Assembly (NCBI RefSeq): GCF_052425735.1
Contig: NC_135767.1
Span: 4,836,001-4,900,000, forward strand
Direction of reading: 5' to 3'
From: Oculina patagonica
Taxonomy: Eukaryota
DNA: 64,000 bases
Part shown: positions 51,691 to 64,000 of the stretch, piece by piece
How positions within the stretch are numbered: position 1 is the first letter of the stretch
How the letters are laid out: each line of letters opens with the position of its first letter
Program-made: the position numbers and the translations under genes
The notes under the pieces: model-generated
What the model saw: the letters and a program-made list of their open reading frames with translations, nothing else
Told to the model about the DNA's origin: nothing
Database searches by the model: none

Positions 51691-53062
51691 GTACCTCTAC
51701 TCCACTTCTAGGTAATGCCTTCCGTTTCAAACTATTTTTCCTCGTTTTTTTAAAGATTGATCCCATTTTTAGCTCTATCGTTATTGATGTCGGTGCGGAA
51801 CCATTACATTAAATAGAAAGGAGAACGTCATGCTACGCATATGGAAGGTCAGTAGCGCAATTTTCACTTCCGTGAAGAAACACTATAGTGCAGTCTGTTC
51901 TAGACTTTCAGATTAAGCGAACGATGGGACAGCAATTACGAACGGCGAAATTTACGGGCTAGGAAGAGTTCAAGTGCTGATCTTCCTTTGTGGGTTTATT
52001 TTTCTTTGACGCGTTAATGCATCAGCTATAGGTTAAAAGTTCCAACCCTTAATCCACCACAAACTGACAACCTGGAACCCTTATTGCCTCTTGCTAAAAC
52101 ATATTTTAGGACTGAAGCCAGGTAAAACAATATTCACGCAATTTAAGAATTAAACAATAGAAAACAAGCATCGAGACGTAATCACCTTTTGTTAATGTTT
52201 AAGTGTATTTCAATGATGAATATAAAACGATTCAAGCCGTTTCTATATAAAAAAACATCTAATAAATACTGTAATTTCTTTATTCGCAAGTAACTTGTAT
52301 AATCTATTTTTAATTTATATATATTTACAATAAACTTCTTGTCCCCATTTTGGCATAAATTAACTTTATATTAGAAATGAACAACAATAAAATCCAAAAC
52401 TCGTTAAGATTTTTTCCGCTTATATTATTTTATTCTTTTATGTCAGCATTAAGTGAACCTTATTAGAATCTTAGTGTTGATGGTTTTAGGCAACGCCTTG
52501 TAAATCCGATCAAGTGTGTTGAAGACTCATCATGTCTCATCATAAGGTCGAACAGCCATCTTGTAAAGTTTCCTCTTTCTTTTATCTGTCGCATAGCTGT
52601 CGCTATGTACTTTATATCTTGTAGAGCAAAACAAAATTGATAAACAAACGGAAAAGATTTGTTGCCACGTTCTGTGAGCCTCGCGTGATCGCGTGATGCG
52701 GACAATAAAATGAAACTTTGTATCGAAACTTGTCTTGGTCATTACGGGGAAACAGAAAGTCCATGAAAAGGAAGTCTTACCACAGAGGCACGATATCAAA
52801 TTGCTTTTAAAAATATCTTCCGTTAATTAGCGCGTGCTGTAAATTTCCTTATAAAGATGTTTTCCTTCTTTCTTATAGCACTTCGAGTGTGTCGCGTGAC
52901 CAATGCTCTGGGTAATATCAAGTAATAGGCACGAATTATGATCAGTTTACGCGCTGAAATAAGGGGATTATAAACTACTGTAGGCACGCACGTTAGTTAG
53001 ATCACGTCATAGCTCAGGCTGAAGAATAAGGATTGTTGACGGCGAAAGAAACAAATTTGAGA

Positions 53063-56000
53063 ATGTCTTTGTTGATGTTTTTATTGTTACATCAAATAGT
53101 TTTGGCGCACGGTGAATCGACGGATTCTGTGGAAATTAGACGAGTCGAAACTTTTGGCAAACAAGAAGATAGTTTTGAGTTACAGCAGAAATCGTACCAG
53201 TCGTGCATCAGTCAGAATGAGTGCAATCGTTTTAACGCAAATTTATCCCCGAAGGCTTCTGTTACACTTACAGCTGCACTTAGTTGTTTGTGCTCTTGTT
53301 CGCGAGTGATGGCCGCAACATTTGCTGTAAAGAATGGGTCTTGGCAGTGCATTGGTAACAAGGAAATTCGCGAGAGAGAATTAGATGGTAACTTGCATTG
53401 GTTTATTAATTGTCAGTTTATATTTTTGTATACCTTTTCAATCTCAGACACTGGGAAATTTTAATTAACTAGTGAGAGGCGCGGTGGCCTAATGGTTAGC
53501 GCGCTCGACTCCGAGTCGAACGGCCCGGGTTCGAGGCCTGGCCGGGGCGCTGCGTTGTGTTCTTGGGCAAGACACTTTACTCTCACAGTGCCTCTCTCCA
53601 CCCAGGTGTATAAATGGGTACCGGCGAATTTACTGCTGGGGGGTAACCCTGCGATGGACTAGCATCCCATCCAGGGGGGAGTAGCAATACTCCTAGTCGC
53701 TTAATGCTACAGAAACCGGGATAAGCTCCGGCTGTATGAGCCTCATGGCTCGGACACAGACTTTACCTTACAGGGAATACCTTCTGTTGAAAGCTACTCG
53801 ATTGTTAAGATACTTGGAAACCAAAATTATATCTTAATTGACCGCATTTTCTCTGACGCACCATAACAAAACACTGAGAATCGCACAAAGTATAAGTGGA
53901 AACCCATTGTAATTTTTTATCCCACAAAATAACATTAGATTAAAACAGATTTGCTAACCTATAAACACGCAAATGTGGCGTAAAAAAACGGTATTGTAAA
54001 AAAACTGTTTTTTTACAATAATGTATTTTGTAAAAAAGCTGCATTTTTACACTTATATATTTGTAAAAAAAATGATTCGAAGGCTGTAGCTTTCTTTCAA
54101 TTCTTTCAACTGCAAGTGTTCTGAATCTTTATGTACGCTTTAAAGGCTCTCACTAGAACTATTTGGCAGTGTAATTCTGTATTTTAATGTTTAAAAATGT
54201 GTATGGCCGGTTTCCTTACAAAATAAGGTTTGTAAGAAAAAGGTCTGTCTGCTGTACATGCAGCTCAGCAAAGACTAATTAAAACTGCGTTTTTTTCGTT
54301 TGTTTCAAATAAATTTAAATGGATAAACACTGGAGCAAGTTCTTCGTATAATATTCTAACTCTTAGCCTAAACTGAAGCAGACGTTTCTTGTTGTAAACA
54401 AATTAAAATTTCAACTCGCCGACGGAAGGCCGCCGGATCGGAACGATTACTGTTTAGTTTTGATGAAGCAGCTGGCCTCAAATAATAAACCGCTTCCGTT
54501 CTTAATTTTCGCATCACCGAAGCACGAGATTCGTATGAATGTATTTTAAATAGAATTGATTTTAAGAAGTGAATATCCTTTAATCACCAAATGATTCTGA
54601 ATGATTTAATTTTCGTGACCTCTGCCTGACCCTTGCGTAAACATTCACACGTCGAAACAGATAAGCCTGTTTCAGTCCCTCGTTATTTTTTCGAGCAGAA
54701 ATCAATATCTTGTCAATCGAAATGAAACAGGCTTGATGATATGTACCGGGCACACAAGATCGTTCATTATCACGCACACTTCAAAAAGTGTAGCAACAAG
54801 GCAACTGAACAGATCTAGAAATGCTACACGTTGCGCATAATATTAATGTTGTGACTCGGTCGACTAAGGCTTTAAGACAGTTGCGCTTTGGTATAAAATT
54901 ATGGGCTTTTGCATACCCTAATTCTCCACTCAAATTCTCTAGAGGTACTCTATGCAGCATCTTGCTGTTTTTCTGTAAAAAGCAGCTTTTTTACAAAGAT
55001 ATTTCTTGTAAAAAAGCAGCTTTTTTACAACTATAACAGTAAAAAAGCTGCTTTTTCACGTAAGAAAGCGGCTTTTTACAAATATATATTCTTGTAAAAA
55101 AGCAGCATTTTTACAATGATATATTTGTAAAAAAGCTGCTTTTTTACATAAAAAAGCTGCTTTTTTACAATTATATAATTGTAATAAAGCTGTTTTTTTA
55201 CATAAAAAAGCAGCCTTTTTACAAATATATATTCTTGTAAAAAAGCTGCTTTTTTACAACTTTATTTTTGTAAAAGAGCTGCTTTTTTATGTAAAAAAGC
55301 AGCTTTTTTTACAAAAGCCGTTTTTTTACACAACACAAATATATATATATATGTAAAATCTGACTTTACTGAGTATAGATAATGGCGTATTGAAGATGCC
55401 GAAACGTCGACTTTTTACAAAATAACATTAAAATAAATAACATAAAATCTTCACTTAGTCATAGACACGAATTGTACGGATGGCAATATTTGTCAGCCGA
55501 AAATTTATTCAACCATGATCGTATCAACTGTATTATTTTTCTGATGATTCTCGTTTCTCTATAAACATAGTAATTAAATTTTGATCTCTAATATTGCCTA
55601 TTCCATTCTTGTCTAGATTGCGACACAATCCGCCATTTTGCTAATGAAAAAGAGACAGACCCTCTAAGAATGTTTAAAGTACATCAAAGCATGGATTTGG
55701 ATATCGGCCTTGACATTCAGTGCTCCGAAAAAACTGCTAGTTTCAGCTATCAAGCATGCGATGGCGTGTGGAAACCGCTGGGCAACAGTTCTTCTGTTTG
55801 GGGGCTACAAGTAACAAAACACACGTCAAATTCAGAGAAGAATTATATGCTTGAGGTAAGATTGAACTTTGTTCAGGGAAGAAATTAGCACTGAAAAGGA
55901 ACTCATTTCCCTGGCTTGTTAAAAGACGCCATGTCATGCTGTCTACCCAGTATCCTATTCGGTCTTATCCTTCATGGTTTGTGCTTTTCACAGGATCAAC

Positions 56001-59000
56001 GTTTCTTCAATTTGGTGTATGTGGTGACGTGTTTGTTTCTAGTTTTTTACTCCTTATGTGCACAGAGCCTGAGGCAAACAAATTCTGTAACATCAATTAA
56101 TCATATACCAATGTTGCTCTTATTTTTAGATATATAACGCCAACCGATCCAAAGATTTGCAAGGAAAAGTTATGAAACTATCCATTCCATGTGGCTCAGC
56201 GAACTTGCCACTTTGCTGGCTTTTTAAGATTTCTGGCTATGTGACATGTAGGTGACACGTTTATATTAACATTTATTATATAAACTGTGGTTGTTTATTG
56301 GGATTTTGACCACCGAGAAACAGTATCTCAACGTGTATACTCAACGTGTGCTTAATGAGCCAAAGTTTATCGATGTTCGCTCTAAACATTTTCGGATCTG
56401 CCACGGCAATCTTCGGTAATCTTCGGCTATTTTCGGAAAAGTTCGGAAAATGTCCGGAAACATTCGTATGACCTTCCGACAACATTTAAAAAATCTTCGG
56501 AAATCTTCTGAAAATGGTCGGAAATCTTCGGAAAAATCGTCAAACACCTCGTATTAAGTAGGTTTATAAAATAAACAAAATAATACATGGTTGCTTGGAG
56601 ACATGAAATTTATCTTCTCGTGTTCAAATCTATATGGAATTTCTCTTCGAGTGTTCAACTCGATATCTCACGAGAGAGCGCAGCAAACGAGTGAGATATC
56701 GAGTTGAACATTCGAAGAGAAATTCCATATGTACGCGCGCCCATGTATTATTCTCTATTTAACTTTATATGAGTCATAAAATGTCTCCACAGAGAAGGAA
56801 CTCTTCTATAACTACTATTTCTTTTCATGTTCACAGGTCCTCTCAAGCATATTTTAGCAACAAGTATACCTTCAAAAACAAGGACAACAACAACAACAGA
56901 AGCAGCAACAGCAGCAACAACAACAACAACAACAACAAAAGCAGTATTTTCCACAAAGCATGCGGTACTGACCGCAACTAAAGTTCCGATAAGTTTTATA
57001 TCAACTTACAAGGTTCGATATCTTCACTGAGGTCATTATTTTAAAATGATTAATTGCCATATGTTTCGGCGGCCAAATTAGTGCGCTAGAATCTGGATAA
57101 GGCAGCTGACCGGGTTCGTACCCTGGCCAGGGTCATTGCGTTGTGTTCTTAGGCAAGACACCTAACTCTCACAGTGCCTTTCTCCATCCAGGCGTTTAAA
57201 TAGATACCAGTGATTTAAGTGCTGGGCGGTGTAATCCTGCAAGAGACTAACACCCCATCATGGGGGAATAGAAATAATCCTAATTGCTTCATGAAACTAG
57301 AGATAAGCGCGGTTCTAATTGACCGCTAGGCTTGAATGCAGACTTCGTCTTTGTTAAAGAGACTGATATTAATCATTACTAATGGGTTGAGGATTTTCTT
57401 TTATTATTACACAGGCGACGAACCCCCGACCAACAGATAGTGACATTGAGACCATTAATGAGGCCTCTCATGAAGTATCAATTCCTTTGATCACTGGAGT
57501 GGCGGGCTCTGCTGTGATTGTGTTACTGGTCGCTCTGATCATTGGTTTGTTAGTGTGTCGAAAACGAAGGGAAAGGTGAGTTATCGAATAGGTGTTCCTA
57601 ATAATTTCGGTCAGCGTGCACTATAGTACTCTAATGGGCTACAGCACTGTAAATCCTTGATGGAAAAGGCACGTTATGCCATGTTCCTCTTGCTTGAATT
57701 CCTACACTATTAAATGCTGTTCCTATTTTTCCCCAACAAATTTCTGGATTACTTTGCCCGTTTTGGATCCGAGGAGCTCTAAATCTCATCAGCGCCGGCG
57801 CTTCACTCCGGTTTCCGTGACAGAATGCGTGTAGGCGTATTGCTGCTCCTCCTCAGGATGTAATCCTAATCCGCCATTATATACATCTGGGTTGAAAGAA
57901 GTACGAGAGTTATGGTCTATCTCAAGAACGCTGACCATTAACCAGTACAAAAAGGTCACAATAGGCCTTAGTTGTTGGTCTTGAACGTACTTTCTTTTTT
58001 AGACCAACCGCGTCTCGCACATTTGTGGAATAACTTAAGCCCAGATGTCTAATCTGGTAGCCAAATATTATCTTTAGCAGAGTGAGAGGGCCATAAAGCG
58101 TTTTTGTAGCAAGTTCTTTTAGCAAGTTCCTGAAGACAACGCCTATAAAATTATGTAATTTTTACTTCCGAGCCAAAATATGCCAAACAACAAGTATTTA
58201 GCCTGCGTTGCAGACGAACAAAACCTCGCGGGGTTTTGTTCGTCTGCAACGCAGGCTACAAGTACAGTCAACTCTCTCTAAGACGGACACCTTCGGGACC
58301 GGCCGCAGCTGTCCGTCTTAGAGAGGTGTCCGCTCTGTAGAGAGTCGAGGTAACATGACACTGGTAATTCTGAGATAATAAAGCTAAACCTTTGCACAAT
58401 GCAACAAACCTTTGCTAACTACAACAAGAATAAAATAATGAAAGGACCGTATTTGCTTTTTAAAGCAAAAATTGAGAGTTTCTACAAACTGTAATACTGT
58501 AAGTAAATAACGACATCTTAGGTGTCCATACACGTCAGCAGAGAAGTAATCCGTTAAAGCGTCAATGTTTGTGGTTAGTAAGCTTGGTATACACGTATCC
58601 TCAGAGAACTGACTAACTATGCGAAGTTTAAAAGTATTTTCACTGATAAAACATGATAAAAAAAATTTCTCAAGTGTCCGTTAATGATTTCAAGGTGTCC
58701 GTTGTCCGTCTTAGAGAGGTGTCCGTCTTATAGGGAGTTTGGTTACAGTAAAATGACTGAAAAACGGCAGGAACCATCACCAAGTGTCCGTCTTATGGAG
58801 GTGTCCGTCTTATAGAGGTGTCCGTTAAGAGAGAGTTGACTGTATTAGGATAGGGAGTCGTTAAATATCGAGTTGAACTTCGAGTTCGAGTTTGAGTTGG
58901 AGTTCGAGTTAGACTTCTAGTAACAGGATAACGCAAAAGGATTTCAATGACTTTAAAACACGTTTTTATATTCGCAGGCATTCGCGGAAGCGTTCGACAT

Positions 59001-61123
59001 GTCTGGAGCTGAAAACAACAAAAACAGACGATTGTATTGACCAGTACTCGCTAGTTGAAGAGAAAGCACGTTATCAAAGTCTTTCCCCTTCACCAGATGG
59101 TGCCATGGAAAGAGGTCTGTATAAACGGCGTTTGTTTATATTCATTCATCATTATTGCCAAAGCCCTAAGTGGGCATAGGGCCGGACATTTTCCCCCCCC
59201 ATGCTGCCCGGGCGCGGGCAGCCCCCCCCCCCTCCCCCCACCCGCCAAACCCAAACCCCCCTTTTTCTCCCCCCCCTTTCCCCCCCTTATATTAGTTATT
59301 ATTAAATGACGGAACAAAGAAAAATGGATTGGTGATTTACCTTTAAAGGGACTATGTCACGGATTTTACCAGATTTTTGAACAGCCAAAATTTATATTTG
59401 TGTCGCAGGAAACGTAAAAATAATAATCCATTTTTATTAAAATTGTGATATTAGATCACTGAAACTGTTACAAGCATCTTTGGCTGCGGATGGCTCGGAC
59501 GGAAACGGATTGCAACTTGAAAAAGTAAGGCTTACGTTTTCAAGTTGTTTCCGCGCTTCTTAAAAAAAAATCGATATTTATAGCCGTAGCTTGATTTCTA
59601 TCCGCAAATTAAGGTTATATATTCCTTAAGATGTTCAAAGATAATGTTTTTTATGGGTTATTTTGCCCACCACTAATTTCAGAACAGTTTAGACCAAAAA
59701 TCTGCGAAATCCCTGTGACATAGCTCCTTTGAGGTACCTATCTATACTGTTAGTCTGCAGAACACATAGCTTAAATTTGTCGGAATTATTTAAGTATTTA
59801 GACACAAACATGGAGGAGCTTAATTTCAATACCCAGTCAGTCAGTCGCTCCCCAGACATTACCATGACTTTAAATGTTACTAATTGTTATGTAATTGTTT
59901 ATTTTTATAGTAGTTACGATCCAATGTAGTATATTTAACAATAGCAGTAATTATTATCAGTATCATTATTTAGAAATATATTAGTATCAGTATTTAGTAT
60001 AAATATTTAGTTTAATACACGACCCCACAAGCATTGTGCTTAAAACCCTTATCGTGTTTAAATAAAGGATATCATGATGATAAAAAACAAGCTTTTTTAC
60101 CGAAATAAGTTTGTGGATTCGACCAGTACTAGTACTAGTGTCATAAGTTAGCTGCAAAACGGGGCTCGTTCGGTGGCCGTATCAGTACCCCTCCCTAGAG
60201 AGTCGTGCGGGAAAATAATGCCATAGAAGAATCAGTATTTAAGAAGAAAATGGAGAAAGTAATTGTTTTATATTATAGTAATGGACAAAAATAACGAAAC
60301 CCAAGATCTACTAAAATAAACAGATAGTACCAAACACACTTAGTTAACTCCTGCATGTGTTCCAAATGGTACATGTAACAAAACCATTCTGTCTTGGTAG
60401 CGTAGGCCCAGAAAGCTGAAAATAGTCGTTATTGATACGATTGCATTAAAACATGTTGCAGGGGTGTACGTGTCGCGATACAAGGTACCTGAAACTACTT
60501 TGGAAACCAACAATTGCTATACTCTTCCCGAGGGACAAGACCCGTGCAGGCCCGTTGATGGGCCAAAAGTGAAGCCAGACTGTGATGAGTACGATTATGC
60601 ACAGTCCAGTCTAGTGGTGCGCAAAAATGTGCTCAAGTTCAGTTTCGCTGCGTCAAACGAGAAGGACCCTAACACACCAGAAGATAATGTTCCTTTTTAC
60701 CATGTACTTGATGGGGAAGACAGAGGCCTTCAAATTAAGGAGTCTAGCGAAGACGATTGTGGAAAACCCGATGAAGGAGCCCCTTATTATCGAGTACTCG
60801 AGGGACCCAATTCTTTGGACCCCCCAGATAACACCCATGAACAAGACCATGAAGGGGCTCATAATGAAACTAAGGAACAAGACCCTTAGTACCATATTCT
60901 CGAGGGATCGAGAGATGACGAGCAAAACAGTCCCAACGAAGTAGCTCACGAGGAAAAAGCTTATTATTATGCGGTAAACGGACCTACTAGTTCTTCAGGA
61001 AATCAAGATAACAGTGGTTACAAAGATCTTCAATCAGATGGACGCGTATCCACAGGTTACCAAACGCTTCACAAATATGCTTATGTAACTTGCGGAGATT
61101 CTGAAGTCAGTCGTAACAAGTAA
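53063..61123 (+). CDS. Receptor paralog E (most divergent), 7 exons, internal in-frame TAG at 60887-60889
   Basis: Exons 53063-53387, 55617-55855, 56130-56247, 56837-57012 (poly-Thr stalk), 57415-57575 (TM), 58978-59114 (donor less certain) and 60462-60889/61123. Cys pattern and intron phases match B-D. About 527 aa to the TAG; the frame stays open a further 77 codons. Confidence 0.78.
53474..53770 (+). mobile_element. tRNA-derived SINE (second family)
   Basis: Same head and body as 44384-44676; decayed copies at ~57068-57350 and ~12355-12540. Confidence 0.82.
53974..55335. mobile_element. Non-autonomous DNA transposon with TGT...ACA termini and 4-bp TSD (Ginger-like)
   Basis: Imperfect TIR TGT(G/T)G(C/T)GTAAAAAAACGG; CAAA duplicated at 53970-53973 and 55336-55339; subterminal arrays of the palindrome GTAAAAAAGCWGCTTTTTTAC. 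Confidence 0.65.
58199..58258. mobile_element. 60-bp hairpin mini-MITE (TAG...CTA)
   Basis: 27-bp perfect inverted arms; CAAGTATT target duplication, the right copy split by the next element. Confidence 0.7.
58265..58842. mobile_element. Tc1/mariner-type MITE
   Basis: TA-CAGTCAACTCTCT...AGAGAGTTGACTG-TA with subterminal GTGTCCGTCTTA repeats; related decayed copies at ~30518-30900. Confidence 0.8.
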
Positions 61124-62067
61124 AATGACCTTAGTGTACAAAATATGTACCAGGCTTCCGGAGCAAACAGTAGAGTAGCAGCTCTTGTAAGCTTGTAATT
61201 CAGTCTACCTGTGTAGCAGTTGCTATTGTTTTAGGGGCCTTGGAGCATTGTTCCTGTTGTTTGTCTTATTATTCTCCCGAAGGGTAGCGAGCTATTTTTC
61301 TTAGACCTCGCAAGAGCTGCTACCTGACCCGAAGCGAAGTGAGAAGACCTTTTGGATATAAAATGTGTATAAATATTACAAAAAAGCATGCGCGCTCAAG
61401 AAAAGCTAATAAGAATCTAAGTAAATACAAAAGTTAATTTTTTATTCCATTGGGTAATAATGGTTAATGACGTGAAACGATTCTCGTCTGAGCCAATAAA
61501 ACAGCGAGGGAGTTCGTAGGGAAAAACGCGGCTTCCGAAAAGGATCTGGGACGAGCGAGGAAATTACATTTGAGACTAGCCTGCGTTGCAGAAGAACTAA
61601 ACCCCGGAATAGTTCAGGCTAAGTAGAGACGCGTCACGTCTCTTAATTCACCTGTCGTCGGCATTAACATTTTTAGTGCATCACATTTTGGTACTTTGCC
61701 TCTTGCGTTTACTCCGCTCCTTCATGTCTATACTGAAAAGTGCCGCAGATATGTAGAGCACCCTGTGTTTTCTCGTTTTCGTCAAGTAACATATATTTTG
61801 CAGAGCTTTGTATCTCTGTAAGCTCTCGATTGAATCGCTTTTTTAACCCAGCGGCCATACATGTAAATCGCTTGTGATATGCAAAAGCTAGTTCTATGCT
61901 TGACTTGAAATGATCGATAACAGAAATTGTTATTTTAAAGGAATCTTGAAGACAAATATAAAATAAACAGTTTCATATCCTTTCTTACTTTAGCCATATA
62001 TGTACATTGTCAAAAATATGAAATAATGAATAAAATATTAAAATTATTAATTATTGTATTATTGCAT

Positions 62068-62445
62068 TTTGAGCCTGTGGATAAAACCTTAGCTTGTGTG
62101 TGACGACCCAGAACAAAGCTATTGAGCATTACTTCCATGTGGTACTGTTTATTATGTTGTACAAGGAGATCTTAACTTTAAGTCTGTGGATAAAACCCTA
62201 GTGTTTCCTTCTATTTTTTATTTTTTTTGGCTTTTTAGGTAACTATTAAGTCTGTGGATGAAACTCTAGTGTGTGACCATTCAAATGAAAGCTACTGAGC
62301 AGTACTTTGACGACTGCGAGGGAGGTACTTTCATGTGGTACTCTTTACTACAAGGTAGTTCTAACTTCTAAGTCTGTGGATAAAACCCTACTGTGTGAGT
62401 ATTCAAGTGAAAGCCACTGAACAGTGCATTCACGTGGCGCTGTGT
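62068..62445. repeat. Degenerate ~100-bp satellite-like tandem repeat
   Basis: Recurrent AAGTCTGTGGATAAAACCCTAGTGTGTGACCATTCAAATGAAAGCTACTGAGCAGTACTTT...CATGTGGTACT units, 3-4 copies. Confidence 0.7.
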
Positions 62446-64000
62446 GTATTTTTAACTTGAGCGCTCTTGGAATGTAAGGGTTAACCAATTATGGTACTTA
62501 AGCAGCAATATTTATTTCTATAGAAAGGGTGGCCAAACTTTTTTTAGCCTAAAAATAGGCTGCCTAGTATTGCGATATGGCATGTTTGATGATGTCAACC
62601 ACAACGCCCTTCCTTTTTTAGTTGATAAGATAACTATCAGGCTCTTCATGATCAAGGCAAACAACATTCTCTATTTTTACACATTCTCCGTATTCTTCGA
62701 ACAAGATTATTCGGTGGAATGTTTAAGTCACTATTTAAAGGGAACCTCCACTCTTACGACAAGTTTACGTTGAATTGTTTAAATTAATGCCTCAATTCCA
62801 AATTTTACAGGGCAAGGGAGAAATAACATTTAATAGCAAAAAAAAGAGGAAAAAAAAAAGGGAAACCAAACCATTACACGTCATAAAATCCAAAATGGCG
62901 GCACGCGGGAAATTTTAAAGCCAAAATCTTTTCCATTTTTTGTTGCTAATAAATGTTTTTTCTCCCTTGTCCTGTAAAATTTGGAATTTAGGAATTTTTT
63001 TAAACAATTCAACGTCAACTTGTCAAGAGTAGAGATTCCATTTAAAGACTTGAAAATGTAAAACGTGTGCCGTTTTCTGTGATAATAAATCTCAGTTGTA
63101 AAATAATTACAAGTTAGTTTGTACCACTGTAAAAGAGCGGCAAAACGCAACGGAACGAGGCTCATGGACTTAATTTTCGTGTTTGAAAAATAAAGAAAAA
63201 AAAACGAAAAAGTAAGTTAAGCGAAATTTAATACCCTGCTAATAAAACCCGTTTTATTAACTTGAAAGTCAGTTTACATGATTGTAATGTGTCCTTTGTC
63301 CTCATTTTCTCTTTCATAAGAAGAAAAGACAGAGAGACACGAATACCGTAAATGCGGACGAGTGCAGTATAAAGTTGTGTTTTATTTCAAAGGAACACGT
63401 ACACCAACCTGTTTTAAGTTTAGTTTTGTTATGTCATATCATTTTACTACATTAAACATTGCTATATTGTAGAATCAAGCTCAGTATACACCTGATTGAA
63501 GAATCGTTGACCCATGAAAAGTATAAACCTTGAACGATGCGACCAAAATGTTCACTGGGAAATCGGAAAAATAATCGTCGTCTGTGTCAGCATAAACATG
63601 ATAATAAAACAGGTTGCATAAATCACGCTCTTGAGGCTCTCATGAAAGAAAGAAAATATCTTGATTATCAATAAAAGGATTATTACTAAGCTTACTATTA
63701 AGGTTGTCTACCCAGAATACCATTGGGTCATATCGTTCATGGCTTATGCTTTTCACATGGTCAACGTTTCTTCAATTAGGTGTAAACGGTTTTCTATATA
63801 CCTACCTTATGTTACTTATTTTCGCGGAAACTTATTTTCGCCAACAAAATGGAAGAGGCAAATTTCGAATTGGCGCTACAAATTGTAATATAACAGAGAC
63901 GGACTGATCTCGCAAACTTACTTAAAGAAATTTTCTTTATTTCTTTTACAAATTTTGGCGAGTAATGTTTCGCCGGCTTATAACCGTGATCATGAAACTG

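Noticed and set aside
55378-55412. Hammerhead-like GGCGT...ATGCC-GAAACGTC
   Set aside because: The CTGAnGA core is missing; at most a truncated relic.
4496-60462. Near-regular ~13.8-14.5 kb spacing of the last exons
   Set aside because: Start-codon spacing is irregular (13.7, 14.4 and 17.3 kb) and TE content differs, so it is probably coincidental beyond the duplication unit size.

Overview
AT-rich, intron-rich animal DNA. The SINE, MITE and satellite families suggest an anthozoan, probably a stony coral (inference). The window is dominated by five head-to-tail paralogous multi-exon genes on the + strand (A partial, B-E), rebuilt by hand from GT-AG junctions. Each encodes a predicted type I membrane protein: signal peptide, Cys-rich ectodomain over three exons (no Ig, LRR or lectin signature recognised), Ser/Thr-rich stalk, one TM helix, and a long acidic non-catalytic tail with repeated tyrosine motifs. 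The motifs are (E/D/G)PVYNVLE repeats, a terminal IPVYAVVNKKK in A-C and an ITAM-like pair in E. Between B and C the ectodomain shows many more replacement than silent changes, while the TM exon shows the opposite. Tyr-repeat number varies among paralogs, and C and E carry lesions that remove only the distal tail motifs. This fits a diversifying immune or allorecognition-type receptor cluster (inference). An intronless antisense 150-aa ORF with a CRE-rich upstream region lies in intron 2 of gene D. Also present: a Penelope retroelement with a minimal hammerhead ribozyme, further hammerhead-like motifs, an RTE LINE nested in an older RTE, tRNA-derived SINEs and many MITEs.
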